64,000 bases of DNA, taken from the NCBI GenBank assembly GCA_963676795.2, contig CAXXTB010000001.1, positions 128,001 to 192,000 of the forward strand, written 5' to 3'. Position numbers and translations under genes: made by a program. Below the pieces are notes generated by a model. That model was not told the origin of the DNA. It saw nothing but the letters and a program-made list of their open reading frames with translations, and made no database searches. The stretch is from Geopsychrobacteraceae bacterium. GTDB lineage: Bacteria > Desulfobacterota > Desulfuromonadia > Desulfuromonadales > Geopsychrobacteraceae. How positions within the stretch are numbered: position 1 is the stretch's first letter; every line of letters begins with the position of its first letter. Below, in pieces: positions 41,555-52,074 of the stretch.

Positions 41555-44500
41555 TTAAGAACGCCGACGGCGCAGGTCGAGGGTGTGCGGAAACTCAGCA
41601 TTCGGCTCTTCTGCGGGCGGGGCATTGAACTTCAACGATTCCCCCTTGGGCACAAAACGTCCCAGGGTCTCGAAATCGGGCGGCGGCATGACCGGCCCCT
41701 GGCTGAACTCGGTATCGGCGAACAACGCGTCACGGCGCGATTCCGCAGTGATCGCGTTGACTGGGAAGACATCGTAATTGCGGCCCCCGGGGTGGGAGAC
41801 ATGATAGCTGCAGCCACCGAGCGAGCGACCGTTCCAGCTGTCGACGACATCGAAGATCAACGGCGAGTGCGGCGCGATGGTCGGGTGCAGCGCCGATGGC
41901 GGCTGCCAGGCACGGTAACGGACCCCGGCGACGAATTCGTCCTTGCGCCCGGTGCGGGTCAGCGGCAGGCGATGACCGTTGCAGGTAATGACGTGGCGCT
42001 CCTCAGTCATGCCACGCACCATGACCTGAAGACGTTCAACCGAGGAATCGACAAAGCGCGCGGTCCCCTGGTTGGACAGCTCCTCCCCCAGGACATGCCA
42101 AGGCTCGATGGCGAAACGCAGCTCCAGTTCGAGATCATCAACCTGGACTGTCCCGTAACGCGGGAAACGAAACTCGAAGAAGGGATCGAACCATTCGGCC
42201 AGAAACGGATAGCCGGCCTCGTTGAGGTCCTTGACCACGTCGTTCATATCCTGGCGGACAAAGTGCGGCAGCAGGAAGCGGTCATGCAGACGGGTTCCCC
42301 AACGCACCAGCGGCTTTTTATACGGCTCCTTCCAGAACCGCGCTATCAAGGTCCGCAGCAGCAGGTTCTGGACCAGACTCATGCGCGCATGGGGCGGCAT
42401 CTCGAAGGCGCGCAGCTCAAGAATGCCGAGGCGGCCCGACGGGCTGTCCGGCGAATAGAGCTTGTCGATACAGAACTCGGCCCGGTGGGTATTGCCGGTG
42501 ACGTCGATCAGCAGGTTGCGGAACAGTCGGTCGACCAGCCAGAGCGGGATATTGTCCTGCTCCGGCAGCTGATTGAAAGCGATCTCCAGTTCGTAGAGGG
42601 CATCGTCGCGCCCTTCGTCGACCCGCGGCGCCTGGCTGGTCGGGCCGATGAAGACCCCGGAGAACAAATAGGAGAGTCCCGGGTGGTTCTGCCAGTAAGT
42701 CACCAGGCTGCGCAGCAGATCGGGGCGGCGCAAGAGCGGACTGTCGCTCGGCGTCGCGCCGCCGAGGGTGATATGGTTACCGCCACAGGTTCCGGTATGC
42801 CGGCCGTCGAGCATGAACTTCTCCGTGCCGAGCCGCGACAGTCGGGCCTGCTCATAGAGTGTCGTGGTATTATGGACCAGCTCCTGCCAGCTGCCCGCCG
42901 GATGGATATTGACCTCGATGACCCCCGGATCAGGGGTGACCATCAGCTTCTCCAGGCGCCAGTCACGCGGCGGTTCGTAACCTTCGATAACCACCGGCAT
43001 TTTCAACTCGGCGGCGGTCGCTTCAACGGCGACGAGCAGCTGCAGGTAATGTTCGAGAACGCCGAGCGGCGGCATGAAGATATGCATCCGGCCGAAGCGC
43101 GCTTCGATACAGACGGCGGTGTGCGGCACATGCACCCAGGGCTGGTCCTCGGCCGCGGCCAGCGGCAAACTGTGATAGTCGTCAAGCGGTGGCAGATCGC
43201 CAAACTGGCTCTGCTCGTAGAAGGGTTCGCGCTTGTCCGGGGCGACCCAGGGGAGCGAATCGAGCGGCAGGCGCATCCCCATCGCCGAATCGCCGGGGAT
43301 CAGGTACATCTGCTCACGACGGAACTCCCAGGGCCCGCTCTGCCAGCCGCCGAAGGCGAAGTTCCAGGTCAGCGGCAGGACATAGCCGACCGGGGTGCTC
43401 AGGCCGCGATCGAGAATCCGCGCCAGGGTGCGCCGCTCCGAGGAATCGTTAAGATCGACCTGCTGCGGGTCGACATTGACCGGGATGTTCCCTTCCTTCC
43501 ATAGCCAGTAGGCACTGTCTTCATAACCGCTGATCAGATATTTGGGGTTGAGCCCGAGTCTGGTGGTCAGGGTCCGCGAGAATCTTTCTGCATCCTGCGC
43601 GCCCAGGCCGTAATCCTTCTGCAGATCGGCGAGCAGTTCGCCGCGCTGCCAGACCGGCAGGCCGTCCTTGCGCCAGTAGCAGCTGTAGGCCCAGCGCGGC
43701 AGCGGTTCGCCGGGATACCACTTGCCCTGGCCGAAATGGAGCAGACCGCCCTGGCCGAACGATTCGCGCAGGCGCAGGGTCAGATCAAATGCCAGCTTGC
43801 GCTTGTGCGGTCCGTCAGCAGCGCTGTTCCACTGGGCGCTGTCCATGTCGTCAATCGAGACGAAGGTCGGTTCACCGCCCATGGTCAGGCGCACGTCCCC
43901 CTCGACCAGCTGCTCATCGACCAGCTCCCCCAGGGCGTTGATCAGCTGCCACTGCTCATCGCTGTACGGCTTGGTCACCCGCGGATCTTCGTGAATACGC
44001 ATGACCCTGTTGCTGTGTTCAAATTCGACCTCGCAGGGATCGGTCGCGCCGGTCAACGGCGCGGCACTGAACGGATGCGGCGTACAGGCCAGCGGGATAT
44101 GCCCCTCGCCGGCGAACAGTCCCGAAGTCGGGTCGAGCCCGACCCAGCCGGCCCCCGGGATATAGACCTCGGTCCAGGCGTGCAGATCGGTAAAGTCGGC
44201 TTCAGGGCCACTGGGACCTTCGAGCGACTTTTCATCGGCCGCCAGCTGAATCAGGTAGCCACTGACAAAGCGCGCAGCCAGCCCGCAGTGGCGCAGGATC
44301 TGAACCAGCAGCCAGGCCGAATCGCGACAGGAGCCGATGCGCCGATCAAGCGTCTCTTCGCAGCTCTGGACCCCGGGTTCCATGCGCACCGAATAGTTGA
44401 TGTGCTGCTGCAGTTTCTGATTGACCGCGACGAGGAAATCGACCGTGTTGATTTCCTTGCGGTCGAGCTGATCCAGCCATTTCATCAGCAGCGGGCCATC

Positions 44501-44866
44501 TTCCTCAAGCTTCAGGTAAGGGCCAAGTTCACCCTTCTCCAAATGGGTGTATTTAAAAGGAAATTTTCCAGCGTAATCTTCGATAAAAAAGTCGAAGGGG
44601 TTGATCGCCGTCATGTCGACGATGACCTCGACCTCGATGTGCAGGCGATCAGTCTTGTCCGGAAAAACCAGGCGCGCCAGGTAGTTGCCGAAGGCATCCT
44701 GCTGCCAATTGATAAAGTGCCCTTCCGGTTCAACCTTGAGCGAATAGGCGCGAATAGGCGTACGACTGTGCGGCGCGGGGCGTAACCTTAAAACATGGGG
44801 AGAGAGCGAAACCGGTCGGTCAAATTTGTAACTGGTAATATGCTGGCAGGCAACGCGTATCGGCAT
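41555..44866 (-). CDS. Transglutaminase domain fused to DUF2126 putative amidoligase
   Basis: GSCRDS, RFVSGY, DLHAW, DPTSG; then [32 protein letters not shown]. Confidence 0.9.
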   Translation of the reverse strand: MPIRVACQHITSYKFDRPVSLSPHVLRLRPAPHSRTPIRAYSLKVEPEGHFINWQQDAFGNYLARLVFPDKTDRLHIEVEVIVDMTAINPFDFFIEDYAGKFPFKYTHLEKGELGPYLKLEEDGPLLMKWLDQLDRKEINTVDFLVAVNQKLQQHINYSVRMEPGVQSCEETLDRRIGSCRDSAWLLVQILRHCGLAARFVSGYLIQLAADEKSLEGPSGPEADFTDLHAWTEVYIPGAGWVGLDPTSGLFAGEGHIPLACTPHPFSAAPLTGATDPCEVEFEHSNRVMRIHEDPRVTKPYSDEQWQLINALGELVDEQLVEGDVRLTMGGEPTFVSIDDMDSAQWNSAADGPHKRKLAFDLTLRLRESFGQGGLLHFGQGKWYPGEPLPRWAYSCYWRKDGLPVWQRGELLADLQKDYGLGAQDAERFSRTLTTRLGLNPKYLISGYEDSAYWLWKEGNIPVNVDPQQVDLNDSSERRTLARILDRGLSTPVGYVLPLTWNFAFGGWQSGPWEFRREQMYLIPGDSAMGMRLPLDSLPWVAPDKREPFYEQSQFGDLPPLDDYHSLPLAAAEDQPWVHVPHTAVCIEARFGRMHIFMPPLGVLEHYLQLLVAVEATAAELKMPVVIEGYEPPRDWRLEKLMVTPDPGVIEVNIHPAGSWQELVHNTTTLYEQARLSRLGTEKFMLDGRHTGTCGGNHITLGGATPSDSPLLRRPDLLRSLVTYWQNHPGLSYLFSGVFIGPTSQAPRVDEGRDDALYELEIAFNQLPEQDNIPLWLVDRLFRNLLIDVTGNTHRAEFCIDKLYSPDSPSGRLGILELRAFEMPPHARMSLVQNLLLRTLIARFWKEPYKKPLVRWGTRLHDRFLLPHFVRQDMNDVVKDLNEAGYPFLAEWFDPFFEFRFPRYGTVQVDDLELELRFAIEPWHVLGEELSNQGTARFVDSSVERLQVMVRGMTEERHVITCNGHRLPLTRTGRKDEFVAGVRYRAWQPPSALHPTIAPHSPLIFDVVDSWNGRSLGGCSYHVSHPGGRNYDVFPVNAITAESRRDALFADTEFSQGPVMPPPDFETLGRFVPKGESLKFNAPPAEEPNAEFPHTLDLRRRRS

Positions 44867-45176
44867 AGTCAATCCTCGGGTTCAGGTCTGCTGCGCTTGA
44901 ATCAGTTCGCGCAACAGTCTTCTACACATGACAGATGCCATCAGAAAGCGCCTTTGATTTCGATGGACCCGGCTAGACTAGCACATCTTGTCAGCACCTG
45001 GCAGCCAGATTATGACCCGATCAGTCGAATTTGCAAATGGCCAACGGCCTGCAACGGTGGTAGAGTTTTGGGCGAAGCTTGTTCAAAAACCACTGCGCGC
45101 TATATTATAGTTTTCATATCCGAATGACAGACTGCAACCACCTGATTATGCTGCACAACCAGACTGGAGTACAGCT

Positions 45177-46610
45177 ATGTTCCGACGGACCAAAATCGTA
45201 GCAACTGTTGGCCCCGCCAGTGACACTGAAGAGCAACTCAACCTGCTGATGGACGCTGGTGTCGACGTCTTTCGCATCAACTTTTCCCATGGCAGTCACG
45301 AAAAAACCGCGGAAGTGATCGCCAGCATCCGTAAGCTGTCGAGTCAGAGACAAAAAGCGGTCGCCATTCTCGGCGACCTGCAGGGTCCGAAAATCCGCAC
45401 CGGGGTGATGGTCGACAACGCCCTCAAGCTGGAGGCGGGCAGTGTCGTCACCATCACCAGTCGCGAAGTTCTGGGCGAGAGCACCATCATCCCGACCATC
45501 TACAAAAACCTGCCGCGCGATGTCAAAAAAGGGGACCGCATCCTGATCGACGATGGCCTTATGGAACTGGAAGTCCAGCACAGCGAAGGGACCGAGGTTC
45601 GCTGCCGGGTTATCAACGGCGGCATCCTGAAAAACCACAAGGGGATCAACCTGCCCGGCGTCAAGGTGTCAGCCCCGGCATTGACCGAAAAGGACCTGGC
45701 CGACCTCGAGTTCTGCATCAGTCAGGAACTCGACTATGTCGCTCTCTCGTTCATCCGCAAGGCCTCCGACGTCCATGCACTGAAAACCATTCTCGAGAGC
45801 AAGGGCTCGGGGCTGATGGTTGTCGCCAAGATCGAAAAACCGGAAGCGGTGGAAAATTTCGACGCAATCCTCGAAGCGACCGACGCAGTCATGGTCGCAC
45901 GGGGGGATCTCGGCGTCGAGATCAGCCCCGAACGGGTTCCGCTGATTCAGAAGTCGATCATCCGCAAATGTAACGAAGCGGGCAAACCGGTCATCACCGC
46001 CACCCAGATGCTCGAAAGCATGATCACCAATCCGCGTCCGACCCGGGCCGAGACCTCCGATGTCGCCAACGCCATCCTCGATGGCACCGATGCGATCATG
46101 CTCTCCGGCGAGACAGCCAGTGGCAAGTATCCGATCGAAGCGGTCAAGGTCATGGTCAACGTCGCCGAAAACGTCGAACGTGATCCGCAACTGAGAACCA
46201 AGTCTTACCGCCGGGTCACCGATATCTACGGCCGCCCCCATGTCACCGAGGCGATCGGCCAGGGGGCCTGCCATATCGCCGACAGTATCGGCGCCGAAGC
46301 GATCCTCGCCTTCACCCAGACCGGCGGAACCGCAGCGCTGGTCTCCAAGTATCGCCCAGCGCTGCCGATCTTCGCTGTCACGCCGTCCCAGTCGGTGCGG
46401 CGCCGCATGGCCCTCTATCACGGGGTCCGCTCCCTGCAGGTTGAGATCCAGGGCAATACCGAGGACCAGATCAGCTCGGTGGAAAAAGCAGTGCTCGAAA
46501 CCGGTATGCTCAAAGAAGGGGATCTGGTCGTTGTCACCATGGGCAGCCCGCTGTCTGATACAGGTACGACCAACCTGCTCAAGGTCCATCGCCTCGACAG
46601 GACTGACTGA
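45177..46610 (+). CDS. pyk: Pyruvate kinase
   Basis: TKIVATVGPA, DLQGPKIR, AKIE, ARGDLG, ATQMLESM, MLSGETA. Confidence 0.97.
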   Translation: MFRRTKIVATVGPASDTEEQLNLLMDAGVDVFRINFSHGSHEKTAEVIASIRKLSSQRQKAVAILGDLQGPKIRTGVMVDNALKLEAGSVVTITSREVLGESTIIPTIYKNLPRDVKKGDRILIDDGLMELEVQHSEGTEVRCRVINGGILKNHKGINLPGVKVSAPALTEKDLADLEFCISQELDYVALSFIRKASDVHALKTILESKGSGLMVVAKIEKPEAVENFDAILEATDAVMVARGDLGVEISPERVPLIQKSIIRKCNEAGKPVITATQMLESMITNPRPTRAETSDVANAILDGTDAIMLSGETASGKYPIEAVKVMVNVAENVERDPQLRTKSYRRVTDIYGRPHVTEAIGQGACHIADSIGAEAILAFTQTGGTAALVSKYRPALPIFAVTPSQSVRRRMALYHGVRSLQVEIQGNTEDQISSVEKAVLETGMLKEGDLVVVTMGSPLSDTGTTNLLKVHRLDRTD

Positions 46611-46622
46611 ACGTTAAAATTC

Positions 46623-46677
46623 ACCCCCCTCAATCCCCCCTATGTTATAGGGGGGAAGCGAGCTTGCGAGCAGGGGT
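46623..46677 (+). repeat. REP-like element, copy 5, followed by a MITE-end fragment
   Basis: Consensus match; followed by CCACCACAATGGAAAAAGGCCGTT. Confidence 0.88.
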
Positions 46678-46783
46678 CGTACCACCACAATGGAAAAAGG
46701 CCGTTGACAACAACTTGCCATCTCATTTAGTCTGCCCGGACTGATAACAGGATGTTGACAAACGTTTTCGAGAAAGCAACGGA

Positions 46784-46840
46784 ATGATAAACGCAATATT
46801 AAACCTGATTTCTGAAGTGGTGGTGGTCGTCATTAATTGA
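46784..46840 (+). CDS. ilv leader peptide MINAILNLISEVVVVVIN
   Basis: 18 codons, 11 Ile/Leu/Val including five consecutive Val, upstream of a terminator and ilvB. Confidence 0.85.
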   Translation: MINAILNLISEVVVVVIN

Positions 46841-46873
46841 CGGCTCGGCGTTTTCTTCGATCTCACATATCGG

Positions 46874-46952
46874 GGGAGCACGGGTCAATTCCGTGCTCCC
46901 TTTTTATATCTGAAAAGGGCTGCGGGGTTGACCAACTCCGCAGTCTTTTTTT
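46874..46952 (+). terminator. Attenuator terminator plus second tandem terminator
   Basis: GGGAGCACGG/CCGTGCTCCC-TTTTT and GGGCTGCGGGGTT/AACTCCGCAGTCT-TTTTTT. Confidence 0.8.
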
Positions 46953-46971
46953 GTTCAAGGAGATAAACAAC

Positions 46972-48654
46972 ATGCTGAACGGAGCACAGATTTTACTCGA
47001 TTGCCTCAAAAAAGAAGGGGTCGATACCATTTTCGGCTACCCGGGCGCGCGGACCCTGATGCTGCACGATGCCCTGATGGACGACCCGGATATCGATCAT
47101 ATCCTGGTTCGTCATGAGCAGGCCGCGGCTCACGCTGCAGACGGCTATGCCCGGACCACCGGCAAGGTCGGCGTCTGCCTGACGACCTCCGGCCCGGGTG
47201 CGACCAACCTGGTCACCGGCATCGCCACCGCTTACATGGATTCGGTGCCGATGGTCGCCCTGACCGGCCAGGTCACCACCAAAGACATTGGCAACGACGC
47301 GTTTCAGGAAGCCGATATCGCCGGCATCACCCGGCCGATCACCAAGCACAACTATGTCGTCACCGACATCAGGGACCTGGCCCGTATCATCCGTGAGGCA
47401 TTCTACATCGCCCGCACTAGGCGCCCGGGGCCGGTCGTTGTCGATCTGCCGAGCGATGTCATTGCCTCGCTGAGCAACGATCCGGTTCCGGACAATGTCA
47501 CCCGCCGCGGCTACCAGGAGTCGCCGCAGCTCAATCTCAAGCAGTTGAAAAAAGCAGCCAGAATGATCAACAAGGCACAGTGCCCGCTGATCTATGCGGG
47601 CGGCGGTATCGTTCAATCCAATGCCGCCGCTGCGCTGCGTGCCATAGCAGAAAAAGGGCAGATCCCGGTGACCCACACCCTGATGGGCATCGGCCTGATG
47701 GAGCCAAAATCTCCGCTGTCAGCCGGAATGCTCGGTATGTACGGAGCCTGGTATGCCAACAAGACGGTCAGCCAGTGTGACTGCCTGATCGCCATCGGCG
47801 CCCGTTTTGACGACCGCGTCACCGGCAAGGTCGACAGCTTTGCTCCAAATGCCAGAATCATCCATCTCGACATCGATCCGACCAGCATCCGCAAAGTCAT
47901 TCAGGATGGCCTTCCGATCGTCTGTGACGCATCCAATGCCTTGCCGCAGTTGCTCGACATGATCGAAATCAGGGATCGGACGAATTGGTTGGCGGAAATT
48001 GCAACCTACAAGCAGACCGGCCCGCTGCCACGCCAGCAGGGGACTGAGCTGATGCCTCACGAGATCATGGAAGCGATCCATGAAGCGGCGGGGGATAACC
48101 CGGTCGTCGCCTCTGATGTCGGCCTGTCGCAGATGTGGACGGCTCACTACTTCCCGTTTGATAAGCCGCGTCAGTACATTACCAGCGGCGGCCTCGGCAC
48201 CATGGGCTACGCCCTGCCGGCAGCACTGGGCGCGGCTGTCGCCAATCACGACCGACCGATCTTCGCCATCAACGGCGACGGCGCGTTTCAGATGAACTGC
48301 CAGGAGCTGGCCACCTGTGCGCAGTACAACATCCCGGTCAAGTGCATCATTCTCAACAACGGCAAGCTCGGCATGGTCCGCCAGTTCCAGACCCTCTTTC
48401 ACAACGGCCGCTATGCCTCGACCAACCTGGAGATAGCGGTCGATTTTTGTACCGTGGCCAAAGGGTTCGGCGTCGCAGGGAGAAAAGTTGCGGGACTTGC
48501 GGAATTCAGGGATGCGCTGAACTGGGCGGTCAATCATCCGGGCCCTGTCGTTCTTGATGTCAAGGTCGATCCGGACACCTACGCCTTCCCGATGGTTGCA
48601 CCGGGCAAGGAATCGACAAGCATGATCTTCAAGGCCGACGGCAGCGGCCTGTAA
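46972..48654 (+). CDS. ilvB: Acetolactate synthase large subunit
   Basis: FGYPG, RHEQ, TSGPGATN, GARFDDR, GGLGTMG, GDGAFQM, NNG.LGMVRQ; ATG 46972 after AAGGAG. Confidence 0.93.
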   Translation: MLNGAQILLDCLKKEGVDTIFGYPGARTLMLHDALMDDPDIDHILVRHEQAAAHAADGYARTTGKVGVCLTTSGPGATNLVTGIATAYMDSVPMVALTGQVTTKDIGNDAFQEADIAGITRPITKHNYVVTDIRDLARIIREAFYIARTRRPGPVVVDLPSDVIASLSNDPVPDNVTRRGYQESPQLNLKQLKKAARMINKAQCPLIYAGGGIVQSNAAAALRAIAEKGQIPVTHTLMGIGLMEPKSPLSAGMLGMYGAWYANKTVSQCDCLIAIGARFDDRVTGKVDSFAPNARIIHLDIDPTSIRKVIQDGLPIVCDASNALPQLLDMIEIRDRTNWLAEIATYKQTGPLPRQQGTELMPHEIMEAIHEAAGDNPVVASDVGLSQMWTAHYFPFDKPRQYITSGGLGTMGYALPAALGAAVANHDRPIFAINGDGAFQMNCQELATCAQYNIPVKCIILNNGKLGMVRQFQTLFHNGRYASTNLEIAVDFCTVAKGFGVAGRKVAGLAEFRDALNWAVNHPGPVVLDVKVDPDTYAFPMVAPGKESTSMIFKADGSGL

Positions 48655-48686
48655 CCGCAGAAACAGACAAACCCCGCCTTGCTTTT

Positions 48687-49029
48687 ACGCAGCGAGTCTC
48701 GTTTGTTTCTACACCATTTCAAAACTCCGCGCTGCGGAGTTTTTCCGGTTCTGCCCGTGTGATGGGCCTGCTCATCGCAGGGCGCGTTGCCAGTTGCTGG
48801 TAATGTTGCTACGAAGAGACGCAGAAACACGACCGACATATTAAAAGGGAGCTTTTGCCTCCTTTTGGGGCCCAGGCCAAAAGGAGGGCGCCGTACGGGG
48901 GCGCAACCCCGTGCTTTTGACTTTAAAAGGTCTTGAGCCGCTTCAAAAAAACACTGACGAAAATTGTTCCTGGTACACTTCGTAGCTTTTGGGCTGCAAC
49001 TCTCTACACGCTCAGACGAGTCACTGCGT
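48687..49029. repeat. Hairpin-rich non-coding element bounded by degenerate inverted repeats
   Basis: ACGCAGCGAGTCTCGTTTG versus CAGACGAGTCACTGCGT; hairpins at 48721-48743, 48858-48887, 48895-48912. Confidence 0.45.
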
Positions 49030-49106
49030 GTCTCGATTCGCACAATCGCAATGCCGGTTCCCGGCATAAATAGACATGGAACAGACATTATCGTTGTCGG
49101 TATAAA

Positions 49107-51731
49107 TCAGCCGGTGTTCCTGACACCGGCTGCAATCCCGGCGATGGTAATCATCATCGCCTGGGTCAGCCGGTGACCGGTGTCGACAGTCGGCATCGCC
49201 CGGAAGCGCCTGAGCAACTCGATCTGCATCACATGCAACGGAATCAGATAGGCCTCCCGGCGCTGGATCGAGGAAAGATTCCAGGGCGCATCCTGCATCA
49301 GTCCGCCCTTGCCCGAAAAAGCGATAAGAAATTCACGATCTTCCTGCATCTGAGCGCGCAGCGCCTGACCGATGTGGCGGAGCGCTGGTTCAACCAGCTT
49401 CTGCTCGTAAATCTCCGAGATGGCACTGTCCGCTTTACTTAAGACCATCTCCAGCATGCTCACCCGGGTTTTGAAGAATGGCCATTTTTCGACCATGTCC
49501 CGCAGGATAGCGCCGTCTCCGGCCGCATCGCTCTCCTTGAGAGCCTGAGCGGCACCCAGCCAGGCGGGAAGCACCAGACGGTTCTGAGCCCAGGCAAAAA
49601 TCCAGGGAATCGCCCGCAGACTTTCGATACTGTCGTCTTTTTTCCGTTTCGACGGCCGGCTGCCGAGCGGCAGGTGGGCCAGTTCCTGTTCCGGGGTCGC
49701 CTGACGGAAGTAACGGACAAAATCAGCATTGTCACGGACACAGCTACGGTAATGCCGGCAGGCACAGTCGGAAAGACGATCCATGGTCTGCCGCCATTCG
49801 GTCAGCGGCTGGGGTGGCGGAATCAGCAACGCTTCAAGGATCGCGTCAGCATAGAGCGCCAGGCTCTGCTGGGCAACCTTTGTGGTGCCGAATTTCATGC
49901 GGATGGTTTCCCCCTGCTCGGTGACCCGGAACCCACCCTTGAGTGAACCGGGCGGCTGAGACAGGATAGCCGAATGGGCCGGACCGCCACCGCGTCCGAT
50001 GGTCCCTCCGCGACCATGAAAGAGGGTCAGCTTGACGCCACGGTTGGCACAGAGACGGACCAGATTTTCCTGCGCCTGGTACTGGGCCCAGGCCGCCGAC
50101 AGCACCCCGGCATCCTTGGCCGAATCGGAATAACCGACCATGACATACTGGTGGCCACCCATATATTCCACATATTCCGGACAGGAAAACAGATCGGCGA
50201 CAACAGCTTCTGCATCATTGAGATCGTCGAGCGTCTCAAAGAGCGGCGCAATCGGCATCCTAAAGGGAATTCCAACGGTTTTGAACAGCAGCTGCATGGC
50301 CAGGACATCGGAGACCTTGCTCGCCATCGAAATGACATAGATCCCCAGGGAATCAGGATCCTGCTTCGCCAGCAACTTCAGTGTGTCGAGCAGCTCAGTC
50401 GTCTCAGCCGTCGGCTGCCAGTCGAGCGGCAGCAGGGGACGGTTGTTCTTCAGCTCTCTCTTGAGAAAGTCCTGCTTCTGCTTTTCATCCCAGTCGAGGT
50501 AATTCCCCAGGTTAAGGGCGCGGGTAATCTCCCCCAGGGCGTTAGCGTGGTATTCGCTGTGCTGGCGGATATCGAGGCGCACCAGATGAATGCCGAAGCA
50601 GCGGGCCCGAATCAGGGTGTCGAGCAAGCGTCCGTTGGCAACAGCCGCCATGTTGCATTTGACCAGCGACTGATAACAGAGCTCCAGCGGTTCAAGCAGC
50701 TGCCGGTTGTCACTGATCACCAGGCTCTCGTCCCAGTCACCGACGCGCAGCCGCCGCTCCAGCTGCTCGCGGCTGACAACCAGCAGAGCTCTCAATTCTT
50801 TCAGAAGATGACGGTACGGCTCTTCAGCATTGCCTGTCACGCGCAGCAGTTCAGGGCTGGCTTTTGACATCGACATCTCATCGATCAGCCCGCGGATATC
50901 ACGCAAGAAGAGTTCAGCAGCCTGCCAGCGGGCACGCAGCAGGACATCCTGCGTCGCTTCGGCCGTGACAAACGGGTTGCCGTCGCGGTCACCGCCCATC
51001 CAGGACGAAAACCGCACCGGGCAGAAGGTCTGCGGCAGCTCAATGCCGAGTTGATCGTAGATCTTGTTCTTCAAGCCCTTGACAAAACGCGGTACGGCAT
51101 TCCACAACGGCTGCTCGATCACCGCAAAACCCCATTTGGCCTCGTCGACCGGAGTTGGGCGCTGGGAACGAATCTCGTTTGAGTACCAGCTCTGGGTCAA
51201 TAGATCCTTCAGCCGTTCCGTTGTCGCTTTGGTTTCCGTGCCGAACGGTTTCGCCCTTAAGCAATGGTTGATCTCGTTGTATTTCTGAATCATGCTGCGG
51301 CGGATGATTTCGGTCGGATGGGCCGTCAGAACCAGATCGATTTGCAGGTCCTCAATCGCCTGGCGGATTCTGACCGGATCAATACCGCTGCTTTTGAGGC
51401 GGACAATCAGACCTTCATCGGGATTTACGCTGGCCAGAAGCTTTTCACCTTCGGCGGAATTGAAAAACTCCTGCTCGGCAATATTGGCCAGATTCAGGAA
51501 AGAAGCGAAGGCCCTGGCGAAAACGTACAGGTCATCATCACTGCTGGAGGCGAACAGTTCAAGCAATTGTCCGAAAGCATCCTCGTGATGATCCCGGGAC
51601 CCCTTGCCAAGCTCCCTTATATGCTCAATAGTTTCAAGCATTTGAGGAGTATTGTCATTGGCAATCATCTGGCCGAGCAGTACACCCAGGTCGTGAATTT
51701 CTTTATGTAATGAGTCAGGAGATCTAAACAT
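49107..51731 (-). CDS. ppc: Phosphoenolpyruvate carboxylase
   Basis: VLTAHPTE, GGDRDGNP, GYSDSAKD, FHGRGG, LRAIPW, GVRNTG; start uncertain (51731 likely). Confidence 0.95.
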   Translation of the reverse strand: MFRSPDSLHKEIHDLGVLLGQMIANDNTPQMLETIEHIRELGKGSRDHHEDAFGQLLELFASSSDDDLYVFARAFASFLNLANIAEQEFFNSAEGEKLLASVNPDEGLIVRLKSSGIDPVRIRQAIEDLQIDLVLTAHPTEIIRRSMIQKYNEINHCLRAKPFGTETKATTERLKDLLTQSWYSNEIRSQRPTPVDEAKWGFAVIEQPLWNAVPRFVKGLKNKIYDQLGIELPQTFCPVRFSSWMGGDRDGNPFVTAEATQDVLLRARWQAAELFLRDIRGLIDEMSMSKASPELLRVTGNAEEPYRHLLKELRALLVVSREQLERRLRVGDWDESLVISDNRQLLEPLELCYQSLVKCNMAAVANGRLLDTLIRARCFGIHLVRLDIRQHSEYHANALGEITRALNLGNYLDWDEKQKQDFLKRELKNNRPLLPLDWQPTAETTELLDTLKLLAKQDPDSLGIYVISMASKVSDVLAMQLLFKTVGIPFRMPIAPLFETLDDLNDAEAVVADLFSCPEYVEYMGGHQYVMVGYSDSAKDAGVLSAAWAQYQAQENLVRLCANRGVKLTLFHGRGGTIGRGGGPAHSAILSQPPGSLKGGFRVTEQGETIRMKFGTTKVAQQSLALYADAILEALLIPPPQPLTEWRQTMDRLSDCACRHYRSCVRDNADFVRYFRQATPEQELAHLPLGSRPSKRKKDDSIESLRAIPWIFAWAQNRLVLPAWLGAAQALKESDAAGDGAILRDMVEKWPFFKTRVSMLEMVLSKADSAISEIYEQKLVEPALRHIGQALRAQMQEDREFLIAFSGKGGLMQDAPWNLSSIQRREAYLIPLHVMQIELLRRFRAMPTVDTGHRLTQAMMITIAGIAAGVRNTG

Positions 51732-52074
51732 GTGCGGATCCTTATCGGTTATGTTCATTACTGCAAGGGGGGCATCGGTTCCAGCGCCCATATTGACACT
51801 AAGCCGCTCAGCTTTCAAGTTGTGATCAGGTCTGTTCAGCACCAATTTCCCCCTCCTAATGCGCTGGATTGGCTAGGCGACATATGGGCTATTACGTGAT
51901 TCTTGGTATATTCCTGCACTAAAAAGGGTTTTCTTTTCACCGATTTGGAACATTATCACCGATAGGTTATTTTTGAGTTGCCGAGCGTGCCACCCTATGG
52001 TATTGTTTATAAAACGTGAAGATGGTTTTCAGGCACAATTGGTCGTTAACTTCTTCCATGTACGAGGTGATTTT

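Noticed and set aside
39152..44785. Long plus-strand ORFs (758, 639, 349 aa)
   Set aside because: Antisense shadows of the ATP-grasp and transglutaminase genes in GC3-rich sequence
45038..45053. Possible sigma54 promoter TGGCCAACGGCCTGCA
   Set aside because: Only the GG-N10-GC spacing matches; poor fit to TGGCAC-N5-TTGC
46837..46971. N-terminal extension of ilvB in the ORF track
   Set aside because: Runs through the attenuator hairpins; AAGGAG supports ATG 46972
48579..49088. 169-aa minus-strand ORF
   Set aside because: Spans hairpin-rich DNA, overlaps ilvB and has no recognisable motifs
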